A DNA stretch of 57,454 bases from contig JBEPVF010000010.1 of NCBI GenBank assembly GCA_041691135.1, positions 1 to 57,454 of the forward strand, read 5' to 3'. How positions within the stretch are numbered: position 1 is the stretch's first letter; the number at the start of each line of letters is the position of its first letter. Both the position numbers and the translations under genes were made by a program. The stretch is from Candidatus Peribacteria bacterium (GTDB lineage: Bacteria; Patescibacteriota; Gracilibacteria; Peribacterales; Peribacteraceae). Below, piece after piece: positions 1 through 10,135 of the stretch. Below the pieces are notes generated by a model. It had not been told where the DNA came from, made no database searches, and saw nothing but the letters and a program-made list of their open reading frames with translations.

Positions 1-3000
1 GTAACGGATCTAATGGAAGCAATGGTTCGAATGGGTCCAACGGAAGTAATGGCTCCGGTTCCAGTGACAGCGCTAATTCAAGTAGCTCCACCATTGGTAC
101 TCCCGGTTTCAATTGTCCGGTCAATGGCCTATGGGCTGGTTCGAACGATCCTTTTTACTACAACAGCGGTCCACCCTGGACAGACATGCTGGCGCAGTAC
201 GATGCGCTGACCGGTTCTGATTTCGCTGCACCGCCGGCAAATACCACTGAAGCCTTCATTCGTTTCAATAATGTTCTGTATGCCGGTGGTAAGAGCGGCT
301 TCTTCTCCTGCAATGGCAATGTTCTTGGCACTATGCTCGACAGCGGAGATTACCGTGCCATGACCATCCACGGAAATCAGCTGTACATGGCGAAGGCGAA
401 CACTGGTTCCTCCGATCCTAACCAGGCCATGAAGGTGGTGCGGTACGATCCGGCTAGTGGATTTACGACGATCGGGACGTTCCCTGTCATCGACTCGCTC
501 ACCTCTTTTAATGGGTCCCTGTACGCCGGAACAAAAGAGGCGGTGTATCGCTATAACGGTTTCAGTTGGTTTCAGGTGGGACAGAATTTGGTGGGAAATA
601 CCGCTGCAACTTCTGTGTCGTATACCACCAATGCGCTTACCGAATTCGGCGGGCAGCTTTTTGCCGCCACTGGCGACAGCAATATTCACGGCTCGGTAGC
701 ACCGGCGCCGTTGAGCGGTACGAGCAAGGGTGGACGCATCTATCGGTTGGATGCGGGCGCATGGACAGATATCGCATTACCTGTGGCGAATAGCACCGAA
801 ATCCGCACGGTGAATGCATTGCAGGTATTCAATAGTCGTCTATACGCCGGTGTGACTGCCGTGGTGACGGTTGGTGCGTCACGTCATATGGCCGGTTTTA
901 TCTACGCATACGATGGGGTGAACTGGTCGATTGTCAGCCAGGAACTGGGTACTGACGTCAATGCCTTCGCCGTCTACCAATCGAATCTCTACGCAGGCAC
1001 AACGAATAATCCAGCCCAGACCTGCATGATGCCGAATGCACTCATCATATCGAGTTCATCATCACATAACATGTCGTCTACCGGTCCGATTTTCAATACG
1101 CAGCAGGGATACATGCCGCCGCAAGACTGGCGCAGTCAGTGGCAGGATTTCCTCGGCTCTTTCGTGCCGACGGCTCACGCTTGCGATGGTTACTCCAATG
1201 GAATCGTCTGGAAATATGCTGGCGGGACTACGTGGTCCATCTTCGGACAGTTTAACGACAACGTGCTCGCGCTTTTGGGTGATGCGGCTGGGACAGGAGT
1301 GGGAGGATCATCCAGTTCTGGAGGGGCGGGATCCGGACCACAATTGCAAGTGCTTGATGGGATGTCTGTTATTCCGAACGGTACAACCGTCATATTTCCC
1401 ACCATTCGACCAAACGACGCCGCGACTAAAATCCTCCTCGTAAAAAATATCGGCGACGCGCCATTGGTGTTGAGTAATATCAATATCGATCCACTGTTGC
1501 CGCTCAGCCGTTTGAATGGACCTGATCAGACAACCATTCAACCGGGCGATACTACGGCAATAGCGTACCTCTTCGATCCGCGAGGCGCTGAGGGTACTAT
1601 GCTCTCTCCTTTCTTGTCCTTCGATACGAACGACCCGGCTAATCCGAAATATAATTTCAAGCTCAGTGCCAGTTCGTACATTCCCTGCAAAGACGAAACC
1701 GCATTGCCGAACATGTGGATGGACGATGCCGAACTCGACGGCGCTTATCCGCTCCATGGCGGATGGACCACTGCGTCGGGTGTGGGGTGGAAAGGCAGCT
1801 TGCACCGTGTAAATAACCGTTTGATAGCCGTACCACAGGAATTCACGTTCTGCTTCAGTAATCTGACACCAGGTGCCAAGTACGAAGTGCGCGCCACGTG
1901 GCAGTCCCCAGTCGGCACACCGCCGGCAGGCAACGCACAGTTCCGGGCCTACGACGGACCGGTGACCGGAGCCAGTCACACTGCTGCAGGCGCCACAACT
2001 CCCGCATCGGTCAACGGTTTGAGTATGGATGGAAAAGTGAATGGCATTGCGCAGCCAACTGTCGCCGCAGGAGGTGCCACGTGGCAGACGCGTGTGTTCG
2101 ACGCCGTTACTGCCGCTGGTACAACATTGATTGTCGATATGCAGGGCGACATGAGCGCTTTCCCGGATGGTGTGTGGCTGGTGTGGAACGGTGGCTCATC
2201 CAGTAGTTCCTCGGTGCCACCCGGTAGTTCATCTTCGGTATCACCTGGTAGTTCCTCTATGTCGCCAGGCAGTAGTTCCTCGGTGCCACCCGGTAGTTCA
2301 TCCTCAGTACCACCCGGCAGCTCGTCGGTATCACCCGGTAGTTCCTCCGTGCCGCCAAGTAGCTCATCTAGCTCCTCGAATATCGGCGCATGTCTGTTGA
2401 TGATTTCCCAAGTGCAAGTGACGAACATCGGCCAAAACAGCGTCATCATCACGTGGAAGACGGATGCTCCTGCTGACTCGCAGGTGGAGTACGGCCCAAG
2501 TGCTGGTCCGCCCTACCAATCCACCACGGCCCGCGATCCGAATATGGTGATAAATCACAGCGTCACTCTGACCGGACTGACGGCGAATACCATCTACCAC
2601 TTCCGTGTGAATTCCAGAAAGTCGGCTTCCTGCGCCGTCTTCTACTCGTCTGATACCACATTCAAGACGGCGAGCGCGGCCAAGATCGAAGTATGGCAGG
2701 GAAGTACCTACATCGCGCCGGGCAGCACATTCGACTTCGGTGCAGTGCAGGTGGGTGCGTCGGTACCGCGCGTCTTCAAAGTGAAGAATGCCGGAACCGA
2801 CACGCTGACGGTGAACAAGCTCATTTCTGTGCCAAGTGGATTTACTATCACTTCTCCACTTTCTTCCACCCAGGTTACACCCGGAACATACGCAACCTTC
2901 ACGGTTACCATGGATACTAGTGACACGGGCACGCCAAATGGACCGGTGACTATTGCCAACAGCGATGTGACGAACAATCCATACGCATTCAAGATTCAAG

Positions 3001-6000
3001 GAGCAGTGACTCCCATCGCTGAACCGCACATTCAAATCCTCTTGGGGAGCGCCGACGTTGCGATGGGCAGCACGGTCGATCTGGGTTCGATCATGCAAAA
3101 CTCTGCTGTAGGAACGGGACGCCAGACCTTCACTATCAAGAACATCGGTACGGCAGATCTCGCCGTTTCCTCATACTATTTCTCGGGTAGTCCATCGATC
3201 ATTCCCAAGCTGACTACGCCATTCACTCTGGCACCCAACGCGACATCCACTTTCACGATGGAATTGGATCCTGCAACGCCCGGGGATTTTGTCGGACGCA
3301 TCTGGATCAGTAATGGCGATCAGATTCGCACGCCTTACACGTTCGATGTGCAGGGCACAGTCATGTCTCTATCGCAGCCGCATATGCAGGTTCTCGACGG
3401 CGGTGTCGATGTGCCGTACGGCTCGACCTTCGATATGGGATCTACGCAGTCGTACAGTAATCTCACCAAGACCCTCATGATCAGGAACATAGGAACGGCA
3501 GATCTGTCGATCGGACCAACCTTCACCTTCGATCCTGGTTCGAAGTTTTCCGTATCACGGTATCCGACGACCAATACGCTCACGCCGTACAGTCAATGGA
3601 CCAACAGTCCTTCTACCACCTTTGGTCTGACGGTAGATACGTCCGCAGTGGGAACGTATAACGGCTGGGTGAAGATCCAGAACAACGATCCATTCCGTAA
3701 TCCGTTCTTCCTCAACTTGACGGCCGATGTGACAACCAGTCCGAATTCCAAACTGCAAGTCCTGTGCGGCATCGCCAAGGTGAACAGTAGCGATACGGTG
3801 GACCTCGGAACATCGCCTGTCGGAACACCTCTCACGCAGACATGTACGGTTAAGAACATCGGCGCAGCATATCTCGTCTTGCAATCCATTAATGCCAATA
3901 ACACCGTTCCGAGCGGCTTCACTCTGGTGCAGGACTTTACCCAGACAAGTTTGGCGCCCAATACGTTCACGACGTTCAAAGTGAAGATCGATCCGGCGTC
4001 GGCCGGCACATGGACATGGGACCAGATGAAGATCGGTCATTCTGCTCCCAATGCGGTCAGTCCGTTCCTCCTTTCGTTCAAAGGGACTTTCAGTGGCGGT
4101 GGTGGCAGTAGTAGCAGTGGCGGTGGTGGCTCTACACAGCCCAAGATTGAAGTAAGTGCCGGCAACACAGTGCTCACGAACATGTCGACGACCTTCACGA
4201 CGCACTTGGGTTCCACGCATCAGAATGATCCGTCGAACGAGGCGTTCTATACTGTCAAAAACATCGGTAATGCCGCGCTCACCCTGCAGCCGATCGAGCT
4301 TGGCAACTCTGCGTTCAAGATCACGCTCAACTATGACCAGGCAAAGATGACGTTGCAGCCGGGTGACTCCAACACATTCCACTTGGGAATGGACACTACC
4401 AAGGCGCCGAACTCGTACGCCTCAACCGTGACAATCAAGAGCAACTCCGTCACGAGCAATCCGTTCGTATTCAACATTGACGGCACGATCACACCTGCGC
4501 TCAAAGATGGCATACAGTTTCAGTTCCTTCAGGGCCAGATACCCAAGAACAACGGCGGTGTGAACTTCGGCACGTACTACGTAGGAGATAATATAGCGGG
4601 CAACTCGTACATTACGAATGTCGGGAACGTAAACATCACCGTGTATCCCAGTACGTTCCAAGTGATTCCGGGCAACTTCTCGGCATTCACGAATAATCTT
4701 CCCGATACGGTTCTTTCGCCCAATCAGTCGATGCCCGTCTGGATGGAGTTGCCATCATCAAAGACTCAAACACCCGGCACTTTGTCCGATAACGTCTCTT
4801 TCATATGGACCAGTAGTCTGGTGCCAGGTAACCAGTCCTTCGGCTTCACTCTTACCGGATCCATCGTCGCGCGGCCGGCGCCGAAAATACAGGTATCGGT
4901 CAATAACGGTGGCACATCGACTATTCTGACGAACGGTGGTTCGTATGTTGCGTATGGGACGACAGTGCAGGGGGCAACCATCACAAAAGTCTATACGGTG
5001 AAGAACATCGGTAACGCGAATATGAACCTCAGCAATCTCACCATTCCATCCGGGCCGGGCTTTAGTGTGGTCCCCAGTGGACTCAGCAAGACAATGCTTG
5101 TACCAAACGATACTGCAACGTTCAGCATTCGGTTCGATGCTCTCTACGGAGGATTAAACAATGGCACGGTGTCGTTGACCAGTAATGATAATGAGAATAA
5201 TCCATTTGTTTTCTATCCATACGGGACGGTCCTTGCACCACAGATTCAATTGTTTGATGGACCGACGGAAGTGCTCGACAGTATCGGAACGGTGGACCTT
5301 GGCTCCGTTGCCATAACTAAGTCAGCCGGTCGTACTCTTACGCTCAAAAATGCCGGGAACGCGTCATTGACCGTGGGCGGCATCAATCCGTCCAGTCCGT
5401 TTGATGCCTCGGTATCTGCTTCTAACAGTGCGGCGTTTGCCGGCGCTACCCTCGCACCCAATGCGACAAAGACGTTCTACCTTTCGTTCAAGCCGACTGT
5501 GACAGGCGATGCTTCGACGAGCGTGAATTTCACGACGAACGATATGTTCCACAATCCGTTCGGCTTCACGGCGAAGGGCAAAGGGACGCCTCCGCCGGCT
5601 CCACATGTGACTGTTACGGTTGATAGTAATCCTCTATCAAATGGCGGTTCGCTTAATTTCGGCAGTCACGTATTCGGAGACACGCTCAGTAAATTGGTGA
5701 CAGTTGCCAATGATGGCACCGCTCCACTCGTTATATCGTCTATAACTATTCCAGCTGGCTACTATCTTTCATTCAATCCAACCACTATCCAGCCTGGCGA
5801 CGTCCACTCATGGTGGCTTACATTTACTGCTCCGGATCCTGCTCAAGATTGGAATGGCTTTGTAACGATCAACCATAATGCCCCAAATAATCCATTTACG
5901 ATTTCGGTTACGGGTACGTCATACTGCGGTGTGCCCTCATACGATAACAGCGCTATGAACGCTCAGTGCCCTGGACTTGGCGACTGCACGCTCAACAATC

Positions 6001-6368
6001 CCAATGCTCCCATCTACGACGACATAGCTCTTAAGCCCACTCCCAATGGCGACGGCATTCTGCAGGTCGCCTCCGGCTCGAATTGGACACTGCGTTGGTA
6101 CTTCCGCAACACGGGTAAAGCGTCGTTGCAGAACGTAGGTGTTGCGAAGGCAAATGTGCCGAACAACCTTTTCCAGGGTGGTGGTTCGATTAGCTGGAAT
6201 CCGATAACCTGGTCGCAGGGACAGGTGTCATGGGGTGATTTCTCTATCCAGATGCCGGCAACACCGGGGTACTACACGGTTGGAGGTATTCTGCAATCAC
6301 CCAGCTATGCCAATGGCGGGTCGGCACCATTCGGCCAAATCGCCGGTCAGTGTATTAAGGTTCAGTAG
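1..6368 (+). CDS. Giant secreted/surface protein, 5'-truncated by the window edge. Domains: (GSN)n repeat, beta-propeller region, golvesin/Xly-CBM-like domain, Ser/Pro linker, FN3, about 10 choice-of-anchor-D/ASH-type Ig repeats, C-terminal NBR1-like Ig domain
   Basis: The frame of ORF 186..6368 is open back to base 3 (NGSNGSNGS...), so the true start lies upstream. It contains ten recurrences of an 'I(E/Q)V...(F/V)D(F/L)G...KN(I/A)G..L' module and an FN3-type 'ITWKTD...VEYG...HSVTLTGLTANTIYHFRV'. Domain names are by-eye recognition. Confidence 0.85.
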   Translation, partial: NGSNGSNGSNGSNGSNGSGSSDSANSSSSTIGTPGFNCPVNGLWAGSNDPFYYNSGPPWTDMLAQYDALTGSDFAAPPANTTEAFIRFNNVLYAGGKSGFFSCNGNVLGTMLDSGDYRAMTIHGNQLYMAKANTGSSDPNQAMKVVRYDPASGFTTIGTFPVIDSLTSFNGSLYAGTKEAVYRYNGFSWFQVGQNLVGNTAATSVSYTTNALTEFGGQLFAATGDSNIHGSVAPAPLSGTSKGGRIYRLDAGAWTDIALPVANSTEIRTVNALQVFNSRLYAGVTAVVTVGASRHMAGFIYAYDGVNWSIVSQELGTDVNAFAVYQSNLYAGTTNNPAQTCMMPNALIISSSSSHNMSSTGPIFNTQQGYMPPQDWRSQWQDFLGSFVPTAHACDGYSNGIVWKYAGGTTWSIFGQFNDNVLALLGDAAGTGVGGSSSSGGAGSGPQLQVLDGMSVIPNGTTVIFPTIRPNDAATKILLVKNIGDAPLVLSNINIDPLLPLSRLNGPDQTTIQPGDTTAIAYLFDPRGAEGTMLSPFLSFDTNDPANPKYNFKLSASSYIPCKDETALPNMWMDDAELDGAYPLHGGWTTASGVGWKGSLHRVNNRLIAVPQEFTFCFSNLTPGAKYEVRATWQSPVGTPPAGNAQFRAYDGPVTGASHTAAGATTPASVNGLSMDGKVNGIAQPTVAAGGATWQTRVFDAVTAAGTTLIVDMQGDMSAFPDGVWLVWNGGSSSSSSVPPGSSSSVSPGSSSMSPGSSSSVPPGSSSSVPPGSSSVSPGSSSVPPSSSSSSSNIGACLLMISQVQVTNIGQNSVIITWKTDAPADSQVEYGPSAGPPYQSTTARDPNMVINHSVTLTGLTANTIYHFRVNSRKSASCAVFYSSDTTFKTASAAKIEVWQGSTYIAPGSTFDFGAVQVGASVPRVFKVKNAGTDTLTVNKLISVPSGFTITSPLSSTQVTPGTYATFTVTMDTSDTGTPNGPVTIANSDVTNNPYAFKIQGAVTPIAEPHIQILLGSADVAMGSTVDLGSIMQNSAVGTGRQTFTIKNIGTADLAVSSYYFSGSPSIIPKLTTPFTLAPNATSTFTMELDPATPGDFVGRIWISNGDQIRTPYTFDVQGTVMSLSQPHMQVLDGGVDVPYGSTFDMGSTQSYSNLTKTLMIRNIGTADLSIGPTFTFDPGSKFSVSRYPTTNTLTPYSQWTNSPSTTFGLTVDTSAVGTYNGWVKIQNNDPFRNPFFLNLTADVTTSPNSKLQVLCGIAKVNSSDTVDLGTSPVGTPLTQTCTVKNIGAAYLVLQSINANNTVPSGFTLVQDFTQTSLAPNTFTTFKVKIDPASAGTWTWDQMKIGHSAPNAVSPFLLSFKGTFSGGGGSSSSGGGGSTQPKIEVSAGNTVLTNMSTTFTTHLGSTHQNDPSNEAFYTVKNIGNAALTLQPIELGNSAFKITLNYDQAKMTLQPGDSNTFHLGMDTTKAPNSYASTVTIKSNSVTSNPFVFNIDGTITPALKDGIQFQFLQGQIPKNNGGVNFGTYYVGDNIAGNSYITNVGNVNITVYPSTFQVIPGNFSAFTNNLPDTVLSPNQSMPVWMELPSSKTQTPGTLSDNVSFIWTSSLVPGNQSFGFTLTGSIVARPAPKIQVSVNNGGTSTILTNGGSYVAYGTTVQGATITKVYTVKNIGNANMNLSNLTIPSGPGFSVVPSGLSKTMLVPNDTATFSIRFDALYGGLNNGTVSLTSNDNENNPFVFYPYGTVLAPQIQLFDGPTEVLDSIGTVDLGSVAITKSAGRTLTLKNAGNASLTVGGINPSSPFDASVSASNSAAFAGATLAPNATKTFYLSFKPTVTGDASTSVNFTTNDMFHNPFGFTAKGKGTPPPAPHVTVTVDSNPLSNGGSLNFGSHVFGDTLSKLVTVANDGTAPLVISSITIPAGYYLSFNPTTIQPGDVHSWWLTFTAPDPAQDWNGFVTINHNAPNNPFTISVTGTSYCGVPSYDNSAMNAQCPGLGDCTLNNPNAPIYDDIALKPTPNGDGILQVASGSNWTLRWYFRNTGKASLQNVGVAKANVPNNLFQGGGSISWNPITWSQGQVSWGDFSIQMPATPGYYTVGGILQSPSYANGGSAPFGQIAGQCIKVQ
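3..56 (+). repeat. Coding (Asn-Gly-Ser)6 tripeptide repeat with Gly at every third residue
   Basis: aac gga tct aat gga agc aat ggt tcg aat ggg tcc aac gga agt aat ggc tcc; the synonymous codons are diversified. Confidence 0.85.
2195..2378 (+). repeat. Coding SSS(S)V(P/S)PG tandem linker repeats in the giant protein
   Basis: About 7 copies of 'tcggtgccacccggtagttc'-like units encoding SSSSVPPG / SSSVSPG. Confidence 0.85.
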
Positions 6369-6384
6369 AGATTTAACGAAGATG

Positions 6385-6415
6385 CTCTCCGATTCCATAA
6401 TCGGGGAGTTTCTTT
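6385..6415 (+). terminator. Intrinsic terminator after the giant surface protein gene
   Basis: Hairpin ctctccgatt-ccat-aatcggggag followed by tttcttt, 16 nt after the stop codon. Confidence 0.7.
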
Positions 6416-6490
6416 GTAACATTTTCCCTCTTCATGTCGTTTGAAATTATGTCTTTCCTCAGTACGATGCCTATCTTACCCACTATCACT

Positions 6491-8158
6491 ATGAAAAAAT
6501 CTCCGTTCATTGCGCTTGGCCTGCTTCTTCCGATTGTCGTGCTGGCGCTCGATTATTCCGATGCGACCTCGCAGTACAAAGATGGCCCTTTTTCCACGGC
6601 CGATTCGGCGGGCATCAGTTTGCTGACACATCTCGATGTGTTACAAGGAAATAGCGATGGACAATTCTTGCCTCGACGCACGCTCAATCGGGCCGAGTTT
6701 GTGAAGATTGCTATTCTGCTCGATGACCAGAAGAATGGGACCTCGGTGTCGTCGGCATTGACCGATCGATGTTTCCCGGATGTTGCGCCGTCGGCGTGGT
6801 ATGCTTCCTATGTTTGTGCCGCCAAGGCACGTGGAATCATTGCCGGGTACCCGGATGGTCTATTCCATGCTGATCGGTCCATCAATTATGTGGAAGCGGT
6901 AAAAGTATTGGTCAATACCTTCGGTTACGATGTGCAAAAGCAAACCGGCGACCAATGGTACACACCGTATCTGCGCGCCGCGCACACGCAAAAGACGGCT
7001 CTGCCGGAGACCGTTGCTCCTGATGCTTTTATCACGCGCGGCCAGATGGCGCGTTTGGCAGCGGCGTTTGAAGCGGAATCGAAAGGTGAACTTAATCTCT
7101 ATCGCCAGGCGGAAAAAGGCGTCGTTCCTTCCTCATCACTCTCCAGTTCTTCTGTGGTATCGGTAGGCTCCTCCTCGTCTGCGGTCTCCTCCAATGCATC
7201 AGCCTCATCCGTTTCTTCTGCCAGTTCAAATCTTCCCAATGCCGCCTTCCCTGCCCGGAGTCATTTCCTCCTCTTGGGTCAGCGCAGTCAGCCGATTGCG
7301 ACCGGTAACTATTTCCCGGATCTCGAACCGGTGCGTGTGCAGTCGACGACAGTGAAGTTGCGCAACAAAATTGATTCCATCAGCGCCATGTATCTTGTCG
7401 ATTCCCTGGGAACACAAGTCGGACAACTGACGCTTGATTCAAATGACAGTCATGATCTGACATGGAAAGGATCGTTCCCCACCGGCAGCAGCGCGTATGT
7501 GATCCCGCAAAAAACGAGTCGTGATCTGGCGATCGTCGTTCTGCTTAACGATCGCGACCATGGCGGATACGGCGGCGAGATCGTCGAAGTCACCTCGTGG
7601 TCACTGGCTGGCGAAGGCGTGTGGAGCGGTCAGAGCTACGCACCCAGCGTGGCGGACTTCACTTTCCCGAAGCACAACACGGCCCAGGCGACGATCACGA
7701 ATATCTACAATGCCCAATTGGGCACCGATGCATTGACGCCGGGAAGCAATCAAGTAGTCGGAGCCTTTACGGTGGTGGGAACGAGCATCTCGCCGGCCAA
7801 AGTAAAAGTGGAAGAGATGGATTTCCAGGTCGGAAAATCAGATACCGTCACGGTGACGAACTGGCAGCTCGGATCCATGGACGGTACGGATCTCGTCAAT
7901 TGCACCACCAGCGATACGACCGTCAGTTGTGGCAGTCTGCCCGATGGCATCGGAACATTGCAGGATGGCAAGCGAACTCTGCGTCTGTACGCGACTGTGT
8001 CCGTAGCTCCCAATGCATCGAATCCGTACTTGCAAGTGAGTCTGGCCAAAGCTGGCACGCCAAGTGATGGCGGTTCCGTTCAATGGACCGACGGCCAGGG
8101 TCATTACAATTGGGTCGAACTCGATTCGCCGATAGCGAAGGGGACGCTGTGGAAATGA
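6491..8158 (+). CDS. S-layer homology (SLH) domain surface protein with Ser-rich linker
   Basis: Signal peptide MKKSPFIALGLLLPIVVLA; SLH motifs 'GNSDGQFLP...LNRAEFVK', 'FPDV...WY...GYPDGLFHADRSIN', 'ITRGQMA'. Confidence 0.85.
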   Translation: MKKSPFIALGLLLPIVVLALDYSDATSQYKDGPFSTADSAGISLLTHLDVLQGNSDGQFLPRRTLNRAEFVKIAILLDDQKNGTSVSSALTDRCFPDVAPSAWYASYVCAAKARGIIAGYPDGLFHADRSINYVEAVKVLVNTFGYDVQKQTGDQWYTPYLRAAHTQKTALPETVAPDAFITRGQMARLAAAFEAESKGELNLYRQAEKGVVPSSSLSSSSVVSVGSSSSAVSSNASASSVSSASSNLPNAAFPARSHFLLLGQRSQPIATGNYFPDLEPVRVQSTTVKLRNKIDSISAMYLVDSLGTQVGQLTLDSNDSHDLTWKGSFPTGSSAYVIPQKTSRDLAIVVLLNDRDHGGYGGEIVEVTSWSLAGEGVWSGQSYAPSVADFTFPKHNTAQATITNIYNAQLGTDALTPGSNQVVGAFTVVGTSISPAKVKVEEMDFQVGKSDTVTVTNWQLGSMDGTDLVNCTTSDTTVSCGSLPDGIGTLQDGKRTLRLYATVSVAPNASNPYLQVSLAKAGTPSDGGSVQWTDGQGHYNWVELDSPIAKGTLWK

Positions 8159-8251
8159 TTCATTCATAAGGAATCCGACGACTCCGACGAAGCCGAGGAC
8201 CAAGAATAACTCCTCCATTCGTCGGAATCTTCGGCGCCGTCGGACCCCTCG

Positions 8252-9091
8252 CTAAAGGACTGCCTTCAATTCCGCCGCCATATTTTCCGCCGCCTTGCCC
8301 GCTGCTTCCCGCCAGTCTTTTCCGCTTGAAGCATAGATGATACTGCGCGAAGCGTTGACGATGGCGCCGGTGCCGTCGGGCACGAATCCATGTGCCGCAT
8401 CGGCGGCAGTTCCACCCTGGGCTCCGTAGCCGGGAATCAAGAAGGGCACGTGCGGCATCAGTGTGCGGAGATACTTCATTTCTTCGGGATAGGTGGCGCC
8501 CACCACTGCTCCGATGCTGGAAAAATTACTCGTTTCGCCCAGTACCGTTGTGCTCCAGCTCTCCACCAGCTGAGCCAGATGTTCGTGCACGACTTCATCG
8601 CCGATCGGCAGATCCTGCAAATCACCGGAGCTGGTATTGCTCGTCTTGACCAAAACGAAGATGCCTTTGTCGTTTTTCTGACAACGTTCGGCAAAAGGCC
8701 GAATGCCGTCGGATCCCAGATACGGATTCACCGTCAGAGCGTCGACCGGACTATCGGCATACAGGTAGGCATCGGCATACGCGTCGCAGGTCGATCCGAT
8801 ATCGTTGCGTTTGCCATCGGCGATCACGAGTAGATCTTTACTTTTGGCATACGCGCACAATTCCCAAAATACCTTCATGCCCTGCCAACCGAGGAGTTCG
8901 TAGTAGGCGAGCTGCGGCTTGATCACGCTGGCGATGCCGGCCACTACATCAACGATTCCTTTGCCGAAGATCAGCACGCCATCGGGATCGCGTGCGATAC
9001 CCTCAGGCAATTTGTCGAGTGCGGGATCAATGCCTACGCATACAGGAGACGTCTGTCGCGTGGCGGCGGTGAGGGCGTCGGCAAAATTCAT
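8252..9091 (-). CDS. pyrF: Orotidine-5'-phosphate decarboxylase
   Basis: CVGIDP, KPQLAYYE, catalytic DGKRNDIGST, VGAT, PGYGAQGG and NASRSI motifs. Start re-assigned to MNFADAL (9091). Confidence 0.95.
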   Translation of the reverse strand: MNFADALTAATRQTSPVCVGIDPALDKLPEGIARDPDGVLIFGKGIVDVVAGIASVIKPQLAYYELLGWQGMKVFWELCAYAKSKDLLVIADGKRNDIGSTCDAYADAYLYADSPVDALTVNPYLGSDGIRPFAERCQKNDKGIFVLVKTSNTSSGDLQDLPIGDEVVHEHLAQLVESWSTTVLGETSNFSSIGAVVGATYPEEMKYLRTLMPHVPFLIPGYGAQGGTAADAAHGFVPDGTGAIVNASRSIIYASSGKDWREAAGKAAENMAAELKAVL

Positions 9092-9101
9092 AGTCGAAGA
9101 A

Positions 9102-9995
9102 TTAGCAGTTGCCGCGTCGGCGCGGACTGCAGGGGGTGGTGGGACGTATTGGCGAAGATGATGGTGCGGGAGTGACCGATGGCTGCATGCCACTGGACGA
9201 TGGCAAGTGTGATGAGACGTCGATGGCATTCGTTGGAGCAATAACTGTGAGTGGTTGCGTGCTTGGTTGCTGGTTGCCTTGCAGAACGGCCGAGAAGTCG
9301 GAGCCATTCGCCACAGAGAAGTAGTATTTCAGTGACTGCAACAGTTCATCATTGTTGGATACTTCCGCTTTTACGTGAAGATTCAGGACTGGCACCGAAG
9401 TACTTCCATGCAGTTTGTCAGCCCATTCGCGCACCGAGGGCATTACCCGCCGGCGGAATTCACGGCTGAAAGTGAGCGAATACAGAGTAGTGTTCGTGTC
9501 CACAGTGGATGTCATTGTTAGCATCGTATCCAGCGACTGTCGTATCTCTTCGCGCATTTGATCAACATCGCTCTGTTGGCCGGTCGCGTTGGTGAGCGAT
9601 AGGGAATACCATTGTCCTACCTTCACATCTGCCAGGCTGGCGGCAATCTGAGCGTTGCCACCCGTATCCAGTGAATCGACAATGAAGTAAGCGGTCTGGT
9701 CGACCACTTTCACGCGAGCCGTTGTCTTCACGAGCTCCTTATTCATCAGAACATGCAGCGTAAACTTGATATCGGCCTGCATTGTCGCGATTTCTGTTCC
9801 TTCTGCTGATCCGCTCATCCACAGCGAGGCAGCGCCTTCTTTGGCATCAATATGGCCTTCCGCGCTGAAGGTTTGTGCCTGTGTCTGCTGCTGCAGAACA
9901 TCAAACAATTCACTGGGCTGCTGAAAGGCGGCCAGGGATAACTGAGGCACAAGCAGGATGCTTGTCGTACCGATGGAAGCGATGAGGCGACGCAT
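9102..9995 (-). CDS. Secreted hypothetical protein
   Basis: Signal peptide MRRLIASIGTTSILLVPQLSLA, a beta-rich body and a Pro/Ser tail; no recognisable catalytic motif. Confidence 0.7.
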   Translation of the reverse strand: MRRLIASIGTTSILLVPQLSLAAFQQPSELFDVLQQQTQAQTFSAEGHIDAKEGAASLWMSGSAEGTEIATMQADIKFTLHVLMNKELVKTTARVKVVDQTAYFIVDSLDTGGNAQIAASLADVKVGQWYSLSLTNATGQQSDVDQMREEIRQSLDTMLTMTSTVDTNTTLYSLTFSREFRRRVMPSVREWADKLHGSTSVPVLNLHVKAEVSNNDELLQSLKYYFSVANGSDFSAVLQGNQQPSTQPLTVIAPTNAIDVSSHLPSSSGMQPSVTPAPSSSPIRPTTPCSPRRRGNC

Positions 9996-10135
9996 AAGAG
10001 AAATGGAAAGTATAGATACTATAGAGAAGGGGCTGGGCGAAGGAAACAGTACATCAGAAGCCAAAAAGCAGAATCCAAAGCCAAAATGACCCTCTGCCTT
10101 CGTTTGTCGTGCTCTGGTGTGGTTTTCAACAAACC

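Noticed and set aside
5900-6368. DGR variable region at the tip of the giant protein
   Set aside because: No reverse transcriptase and no near-identical template repeat differing at adenines was seen in the window.
8252-9307. N-terminal extensions on pyrF (also uvrB from 22477, CNNM from 28110, hup from 44928)
   Set aside because: The extensions overlap neighbouring genes or promoters and lack family similarity; downstream ATGs match the family starts.
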